Shown here: positions 38,052 through 46,238 of the stretch, piece by piece | Layout: each line of letters opens with the position of its first letter | Position numbering within the stretch: position 1 is the first letter of the stretch | From: Octopus bimaculoides | Lineage: Eukaryota | Assembly (NCBI RefSeq): GCF_001194135.2 | Contig: NC_068988.1 | Location: forward strand, 63,143,416-63,189,653 | Reading direction: 5' to 3' | Length of the DNA stretch: 46,238 nt | The notes under the pieces: generated by a model | Databases searched by the model: none | Told to the model about the DNA's origin: nothing | What the model saw: only the letters and a program-made list of their open reading frames with translations | Translations under genes and position numbers: made by a program

Positions 38052-38229
38052 GTATGTTTTGTGTTTCCCGTATATTTGGCAATATTTATATCATTTGAGT
38101 GAATTTAAAGATATATATATATATTGAGATATATATATACACACACACACACACATATATATATATGTATATGTATGTTTTGTGTTTCCCGTATATTTGT
38201 CAATATTTATATCATTTGAGTGAATTTAA
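37963..38229. repeat. Local tandem duplication (units about 145 and 120 bp, differing in microsatellite length)
   Basis: The 60-nt block tatgtatgttttgtgtttcccgtatatttg(g/t)caatatttatatcatttgagtgaatttaa occurs at about 38049-38108 and 38170-38229. Each unit starts aagatatatatatatattga. Confidence 0.85.
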
Positions 38230-38321
38230 CAGGCCTGTTTTGTATATGGCATATGTTTTGTATATCTATACCCGTGTATTTGTAATTACTAGAGCAAAAC
38301 TACATAAATATTCTTATTTCA

Positions 38322-38547
38322 TTATTGCCCACAAGGGGCTAAACATAGAGGGGACAAACAAGGACAGACAAAGAGATTAAGTCAATTACATCGACCCCAG
38401 TGCGTAACTGGTACGTAATTTATCGACCCCGAAAAGATGAAAGGCAAAGTCGACCTCAGTGGGATTTGAACTCAAAACGTAACGGGAGATGAATTACCGC
38501 TAAACATTTCGCCCGGCGCGCTAACGATTCTGCCAGCTCGCCGCCTT
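38322..38547 (-). mobile_element. SINE family B-related copy, well preserved, with a distinct 3' tail
   Basis: The minus strand reads aaggcggcgagctggcagaatcgttagcgcgccgggcgaaatgtttagcggtaatt..gttttgagttcaaatcccactgaggtcgactttgcctttcatcttttcggggtcgataaatt. Confidence 0.92.
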
Positions 38548-39728
38548 AATACATAAATATTCTACGTAACGTTTACAGTGAAATTCTTATTTTTTAAATA
38601 GATGCGTACTTTCTGCCTTGTTGAAGTTCTCTCTCCGCTATTAGCAATGAGATATTTAATTCCATAACCAAACGCCCTACGTATAAATCTAAAGTTTATG
38701 TCTGAGTATACCATGTGCATATCCTTCAACATTTCATCAGTAATTCCTCATTATATTTACTCTTATTTTCATGGCTCCCGTGTAAATGATTTTCTATTTA
38801 TTACATTCATAGCACGTTTCATTTCTATAACACTACAATTTCTTATATTTTGATCATCAATAGTATTCATTCTAAGAAATCGCACTCTTTAGGGTTTGAG
38901 ATACAGTATCATGCTTTATAGGCAGATCATTTCCTGATAAAATTTTCACACGGCTAATTTTGGCGTGGGTTGCATATTCGGTGTCAATTGCACAGAGGAT
39001 GCAAGTAACACCTATACATGATTTAACTGCATAATTATTGGTTTTATGCATGAGGTATATTATTATTATTATCACCACCTCAATCACCACTACTACCATC
39101 CTCACCGTCGTCGTCATTTCCTAATCTAGCGATTGCAAATGTATACCTTTTACAGTGAGAGCGAATATAATTTTCTTCGACATGCAGCTAACACCCACAA
39201 AGTCTTTCCAATGAGTTTTGTTGAGAAAGGTCTTTGCAGTTTCATTGACTATATATCAGGGAATAATTTACTGGCATCTCTTCTCAACTGCTATGGTATT
39301 TACCACGGTTATGGAAAATTTCGCAGGAAATCGATGTACGAAATTTCACCTTAAATGACCTCATCACGTTTTTTCATTTTTTGACGTTGAATGAAGACTT
39401 ATATTTTTAATGTTTTAGAAAACATTTTATCATCCTCTTTTTTTTTTCTTTTAATGCTCATATAATTCTCCATACGGCGAATCTGTTGTACGGCGATATT
39501 TTATTATTTGGCTTCATGACTTCAGGCAAATTTTCTGGTCACAATTTTCCTCATATATATAGATATCAAGTTATTCCAATGGTGAAGTTTGGGACTCGAT
39601 TGGTGATAGATGTTGATAAAGGGAAAAAAAGTAAGAAAGTACCAAACCAAAAACTGTTTGGATTGATTATATATTTCTCTGTTTCAACTCATTTTACGTA
39701 AATTAAGTCAATATTACAGCGAATTTGA

Positions 39729-39965
39729 AGGGGACGAGCCGACAGAATGGTTAAGCACAAGGGACAAAATTCTTAGCGGCATTTCGTCCGTCTCTGCATG
39801 CTGGGTTTAAGTGCCACCGGAGTAGATTTTCCTCTGATCATTTTGGTGTTGATAAAATAATTACTAGTTGAGCACTGGGTTCCTTGTAATCGACTTGCCC
39901 CACCACCGCCACCGCCACTTCACCGAAATTGCTGGATGTGTCTCAAAATTTGAGGCCGTTATTAC
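39729..39965 (+). mobile_element. SINE family B, diverged copy
   Basis: gacgagccgacagaatggttaagcac..aaaattcttagcggcatttcgtcc..gggtttaagtgcc..gttgagcactggg..gtaatcgactt..gaaattgctgg. Confidence 0.7.
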
Positions 39966-40239
39966 AGTGAATGTAAATATTTATAGTTTCATCTGTCAGT
40001 ATCTGAACTTCCTGTCTGTCTCTGATCTTTTGTAACAACTAATCTGGAAGGACAAATATTAGTATGAACAATTGTACAATCATTTCGAAATTATATTCCC
40101 TTTTCCAACTTCCAAAAGCCTTCATGTTAGAGTTTCGTCCTTTCTTTGAAACCTTCTTCCATAGGAGATATCCAATGGAAGAAATATATTAGTGTTTAGT
40201 CTTGGCAAAACTCCGTCCACATCTCCTTAGAGAGTCTCA

Positions 40240-40415
40240 TTATCTTCCCAAAAACAATCTTCGATACCACAGAGTTTCCGTTAAGCAAATTTTCTCGTAA
40301 GGCATTGGTCCGCTCGGGGCTATAGTAGAAACCATTTGCCTAAAGAACTGCGCAGTAGAACTGAACCCCAAACCATGTCGTTGCAAAGCGAGTTTCTTAG
40401 CAACACAGCAACCAT
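40240..40415 (-). mobile_element. SINE family A-related head fragment, diverged
   Basis: gctatagtagaaaccatttgcctaaag..gcgcagtagaactgaacccaaaaccatg aligns with 15690-15750. Confidence 0.7.
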
Positions 40416-41057
40416 ACAACACGACGCTACTCGAACAACATAACTTCAGATTTAAAAGCAAAATTGTCCTTCCCAGTAGTCTACTTGACAAACCCAATTC
40501 TCATTCTGTCATCACTTACACTATGCCATTTACAAAGTAGACACCGTAAAGACAATAGCATTCGTTCGACAGTTATTTGGGAATGCTTTCCATCTTTATC
40601 CAGCGTATTTTCGTTCGAGCTTCCAGGAAAAGAGAGTAAAACTATGGACTAGCATCATCTCACTCTCACTAGCTTAGAAGAATCTATAAAGATCTCGACC
40701 TCCACAACTACCTCCTGTCTAACTAATAAAGAAATGATAGAATGCTTGCAATTATCTTTCGTAATTTCCTTTTTTCATTAACGAGAGCGAAAGAAATATT
40801 ACCACCCTGTCTCTCTTTCCCTCCTGTATGCATCTCTGCCTGTCTGCTTGTCTGCCTCTCTGCCTGTCTGTTTGCCTGCTTGTCTGCCTCTGTGCCTGTC
40901 TGTTTGTCTGTATGTGCATCCCTTTAATTTATATACACACACATACATTCATATATTTCTCTCTCTCGCTCTGTATACATATGCATATATAGTCATATAC
41001 ATACATACATACATACATACATATATGTATATAGACATGCAAACAAATAATTGCATA

Positions 41058-41135
<78 letters not shown>

Positions 41136-42316
41136 AACATATGCACAGACATCTATACCTATACATACGTATATGCACACACTAATACACATACGCACAA
41201 TGCACATATATGTACATAAGCTCATAGACATGTGTGTGAGTGTGCGTTTCTCCTCTTTACTTCCACATCTCTAACTCTCCACCCTTCTGTCGGTATCTCT
41301 TCTTCCCTATTACTGTCTGAAATATTTCACCAGGTAGAAGCTATATAATTGACAGTTTTAACATTAAGGTTTCTTAATTGAGTATTACATGCTGAGAAGT
41401 AATATCGTATTTCGTAAATCTATTATCATTGAAAACCGGCAAAAACATGGCTGCCAATATCTCAGAAGGTTAATCGGCCAGGTTGTCAACGGCAACGTAG
41501 ATAATTAGATGTGTTAAACTTCATTATAATCAATTAGATGCTTCGAAGCATCGTAGAGCAAGCAGTAAGTATCAACGGAGCTGCCCTCAATCCATTGCCA
41601 AGATATAGAACTTTCAAGGAGTCTAGTAGATATATTTAACTTCCAGTGCTCAATTCAAATCGATTCATGGAGATCGGATATTTGATCTAATTAAGATATA
41701 TAAAGTTGTGTTGAAATCTGGAAGTAGTTTACTTACTATATTGTTTTCACTTTCTTTCTCTCTTTTATTTGTCTCAGGCAATGAACTCCGGCCAAACAGG
41801 GGCACTTCCCTCAAGGTTATTAGTCACTTATACATAGATACAAGTAATTTATTTCTCTGATAATTTTATCTATCAATACAGACGCGGTTATATATGTAAC
41901 AAATTTGCTTCGTATCATCGTAGTTCCATACGCGATCTCTCGACAGTACAGATTCTACGCGAGTCTATTTTATTAGCGCCGGTCTCATCAATGCTTTGTT
42001 CATATATATATATATATATATATATATAGGGAGAGAGAGTGGCGGGGAAGAGAGAGAAACATACATAGATATACATATGAGTATATATATCTCTATGTTG
42101 TGTCAACGTCCCCAGACGATGAAGTAGGCTAGCCCAATACGTAGATATTGAGGACCATGATGGTGCCATCAACTTCTAGGATTACAAGGATCTACCTGCT
42201 AAGGAGGACCCAAGACTGGAAGATTAAAGTCGACTTGGAGAAACGGTTAATGTTTTCAGAATCTGGAGACATCTAAACATTTAAAAGCATTAGGGACTAA
42301 ACAGACAGCAAGATAC

Positions 42317-42436
42317 TTGGTACTGCGATGATGAATTTGTCTTCAGGCAATTTAGTATTCTTCGGCATTCTCAGAATTGGTACTTTGATGATGAAGTTGT
42401 CTTCAGTCAATTTCCTATTCGTCGGCATTCTCATAA
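42317..42436. repeat. 60-bp tandem duplication, 2 copies
   Basis: 42317-42376 versus 42377-42436: 52/60 identical with no indels. Confidence 0.92.
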
Positions 42437-43222
42437 TTGTCTTTATTTAGTCTTACGACTAGGAAAAGATTTTGAGGAACAATTGTAAGTTTGACATGCG
42501 CGTGTCTTCTTCAGACTTAGTGAAAAAATATTGTGATATATTTGCATTTCCTCAGGACTTCGTTAAAATTAACATGCAAGCTATCATCAGATGTATGGCT
42601 ATATGTAAGTGTATGCTTCGTGAGAGCGCTTGTGGGTCTTTATGCACGAGTTTACATGTATACCACCTGTTTCCGCAGTTTTTGTTCATCAAATTTTATT
42701 CACTAGACATTCTTCCACACACATTTAAATTAAAACTGTTGCCCTACTCAATGGATGCGAACCTAAATCGTATAGTTTCAGAACTAAGTTCTAATTCTCC
42801 CACAGTACATCATTACACACGCACATATGCTCACAAACAGACATATAGATATACGATATATATGTATATATATGTATATATATACATATATTTATGTATG
42901 CGCATATACGAAGGTTTGTGAAGATGTATCTCTGTGTGAAATCTCAATTGAAGGCTGTGGTAATTTGATGTGCAGATATGTGCATACCTGAATATGTATA
43001 TTTGAGAGATTACATCGTGCCTCACAACGTTTCTCATCAGAAGTTTATATCTATTAAAACTATATTCATTATTTTTCTTTTTTCTTCAAATTATTTTTCA
43101 TTATGCGCAATAAGATGTTATTTAATTACTATAAACGTATTGTTGCCGACAGCAGCTGCAAAAATTAAGAAAGGAAATCGTAATTTTGAATAAGCTTCAT
43201 TATATATATTTAAAGTAGGCGC

Positions 43223-43235
43223 AATAACGATAATA

Positions 43236-43322
<87 letters not shown>

Positions 43323-43328
43323 GTGATA
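43223..43328. repeat. (AAT)n microsatellite
   Basis: Direct reading, about 25 perfect units. Confidence 0.97.
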
Positions 43329-43714
43329 AAACAAGTTCTTATTATATTGTCTACTTTCAGGATACACTTGAAATTATTTCTCAGGTGTCACTCGAATATA
43401 TCTCCTNNNNNNNNNNNNNNNNNNNNNNNNNNNNNNNNNNNNNNNNNNNNNNNNNNNNNNNNNNNNNNNNNNNNNNNNNNNNNNNNNNNNNNNNNNNNNN
43501 NNNNNNNNNNNNNNNNNNNNNNNNNNNNNNNNNNNNNNNNNNNNNNNNNNNNNNNNNNNNNNNNNNNNNNNNNNNNNNNNNNNNNNNNNNNNNNNNNNNN
43601 NNNNNNNNNNNNNNNNNNNNNNNNNNNNNNNNNNNNNNNNNNNNNNNNNNNNNNNNNNNNNNNNNNNNNNNNNNNNNNNNNNNNNNNNNNNNNNNNNNNN
43701 NNNNNNNNNNNNNN

Positions 43715-43760
<46 letters not shown>

Positions 43761-44241
43761 TTGTGTGTGTGTGTATATATATATATGATACCTATATATG
43801 TATATATGTCTTTATGTATATATATTTATCTGTTGATGAATATGTGTGTAATGATAGATGTAAGGCAACGGTGATATCATACATACAATATAAGGTAATA
43901 TCTTTACTATTCACTATTTATTATAACTAAATTCAATGATAGCTTCAAGATGCATTTTTCATATGGAAATTTCCATAATCCTTCTTCAGAGACTCCTTGA
44001 GAATACAAAAGCAATATTATGCAGAATCGTGAATCATTTTTATCTGTAAATTCTAACAGAAACATTTTCAGAATCTCTAATAATCGAAACACAAAACGAA
44101 AGGATAAGAAAAAATAAAAATAAATAAATAAATATCGTATAATTATGAAATGCGAAATTTGAAACAGAAAGTATCTTTCTATAGATTTATGTACTTTTGT
44201 GGAAGTTTTTGCTTTTAAAATATTCCTCGAAGTCTTAGAAC

Positions 44242-44277
<36 letters not shown>

Positions 44278-44775
44278 CTCATACACGCATACTCACACAT
44301 ATATATATATGTATGAATACACACATACACACACATATATATGTATATATGTATATATATACATGCATAAATACATTAATTTACAGATGCACACAGAGAT
44401 ATCCGCATGCCTACATAAAGACATATGCTGAATAAAGTTTGAAAAATTTTACAGATGGCCGTTTCGGAAAGGTTCCGAATTTGGAGTAGAATTTTCTTTG
44501 GTTTGTATCCTGTCCCGAAAGCTAGACTGAACCCATGACAAAGGCACTTAGACTATTAATGATCTTTTTCGCTAAGTAGATCTTACGTATGACTCCAGGG
44601 GTCGATAAGCGAACTCCTTCATAACAGTGTGAATCTACTCCTTCGATTACAATATTGTTTGATTTCGTTCTATGGTGACATAAAAAAAAAACTATGGATT
44701 TATTAAAATGTTTAATTATGAAATGGAAAGCTTGTTTTCTTGAATTATTATTATTATTATTATTATTATTGTTCA

Positions 44776-44980
44776 AGCTTGTAAAATCGTTAGCAGGCTA
44801 GGCCAAATGCTTTCGGACATTTCGTACGTTTTAACGTTCTGCGTTCGAATTCCATCAGGATCATTTTCACCCTTCATCGCTTCGGGTTCACTAAAATAAG
44901 AACCAGTTTAACGCTGAGGTTGATACAATCGAATGACCCTTCACCCTAAGACTGCTGTCCTTGTACCGAAATTTGAAACC
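44776..44980 (+). mobile_element. SINE family B, heavily diverged copy
   Basis: aaaatcgttagcaggctaggccaaatgc..catttcgtacgttttaacgttctgcgttcgaattcc..cccttcatcgcttcggg..ccttgtaccgaaatttgaaacc. Confidence 0.6.
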
Positions 44981-45001
44981 CTTCCTCTTCTTCTTCTCCT
45001 G

Positions 45002-45073
<72 letters not shown>
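45002..45073. repeat. (ATT)n microsatellite
   Basis: Direct reading, 24 units. Confidence 0.97.
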
Positions 45074-46101
45074 TGTCCAAATATTTTGGGGATATTATTA
45101 AGGATAGATTTTCTTACGTAAATGGGTTGAATATTATATTTCACGCTGATTAAACTATGCATACATAGCTCTGCTTGATCATAACATTCGCTTCGGTGCT
45201 AAAAAAAAATAAAATAAAGAAAATTTAAAGAACGAAATATAGACAAATATTTGACATAAAGCTGATCAGAGATACACGCGATACGGAAGTTTGTTTTTCT
45301 TATCTGCTTTAGTCTTTCGATTATGTTGATGGTAAAGTACCTCCATGATGTTTTGTCGTCCTGGGTATAGAATAGAATAATTCTCACATCTAGCAGATAT
45401 TTTGTTCCTAATTCCCAAATGATTGATATAAACTTCTCATGAGGTATGCGTATGTATGGTACGCGTGTATGTCTGCATGTATGTAAACATGTAAAGTTAT
45501 ATGAATGCTTATGTATATATATATATATATATNNNNNNNNNNNNNNNNNNNNNNNNNNNNNNNNNNNNNNNNNNNNNNNNNNNNNNNNNNNNNNNNNNNN
45601 NNNNNNNNNNNNNNNNNNNNNNNNNNNNNNNNNNNNNNNNNNNNNNNNNNNNNNNNNNNNNNNNNNNNNNNNNNNNNNNNNNNNNNNNNNNNNNNNNNNN
45701 NNNNNNNNNNNNNNNNNNNNNNNNNNNNNNNNNNNNNNNNNNNNNNNNNNNNNNNNNNNNNNNNNATATATAAGGGGTTTGTATGATAGTGTATAGAAGA
45801 ATATATTATTCAAAAGAATTCCAAATCTATTTTTTATGTTTTATTTATATTCTTATAATATTAATGTAGGATATATAATATATGAGGTATAGTAAAATGA
45901 AATGAGGTATTGATTGTCTTATTGAATAAATGAAATATTAAATATTAAATATTAAAGGACTAGTATACTTTCTTGCATTTTAGCAGTCTTCAAGGTCCCA
46001 TATTATATATATATATATTTCAATAATAATAAAAGGGTAGCGATGACGCTTGTTCGCGTACATATTTTATCTTAACACTCTCAAATTTATATCTCGAAAT
46101 G

Positions 46102-46166
46102 CTGCACTGAAGATGGGAAATATGTAAGTAAATATAATTTTACTTTAGCTCGAAACGCGTATGTAG
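46102..46166 (+). ncRNA. Type I minimal hammerhead ribozyme, apparently intact
   Basis: CUGCA(46102-06)-CUGAAGA(46107-13)-U-GGG..AAGUAAA/UAUAAU/UUUACUU..CUC(46149-51)-GAAA(46152-55)-CGC-GUA(46159-61)-UGUAG(46162-66). Stem I has 5 bp including one G.U pair. Stem III is the palindrome ACGCGU. Confidence 0.75.
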
Positions 46167-46238
46167 ATAATCTGAGACGTGTCGATTCGTTATTTTTCTT
46201 TTTGCCTACGTATAAAAATGTGTTATTGCCTGGGAGAT

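Noticed and set aside
43239-43330. Poly-Ile/poly-Asn ORFs (also 44933-45162 and 27859-28263)
   Set aside because: These are translations of (AAT)n/(ATT)n microsatellites.
1-46238. Conserved bilaterian or molluscan miRNA matures
   Set aside because: None of the common mature sequences I recall was seen by eye; lineage-specific miRNAs cannot be excluded without small-RNA data.

Overview
Eukaryotic, AT-rich, repeat-dense genomic DNA from a gappy short-read assembly, with about 20 N-runs that are mostly flanked by (TA)n or (CA)n microsatellites. The SINE families and microsatellite load look like Octopus or another coleoid cephalopod; this is recognition from memory, not a database match. No protein-coding gene can be called with confidence, and the long ORFs in the track are N-gap or microsatellite artefacts, so the window is probably intronic or intergenic. 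Supported content: three tRNA-derived SINE families (about 15 copies or fragments), a decayed DD37D (maT-type) Tc1/mariner transposase, a Tc1/mariner MITE, a decayed non-LTR reverse-transcriptase fragment, a 68-bp-arm inverted repeat, several local duplications and many microsatellites. The most interesting signal is two structurally near-complete type I minimal hammerhead ribozymes (46102-46166 on +, 8072-8147 on -). Both have a CUGAAGA core, an unusually long stem II and a palindromic stem III. Decayed relatives also occur (clearest at 26630-26694 on -), pointing to Penelope-like or retrozyme-type elements.
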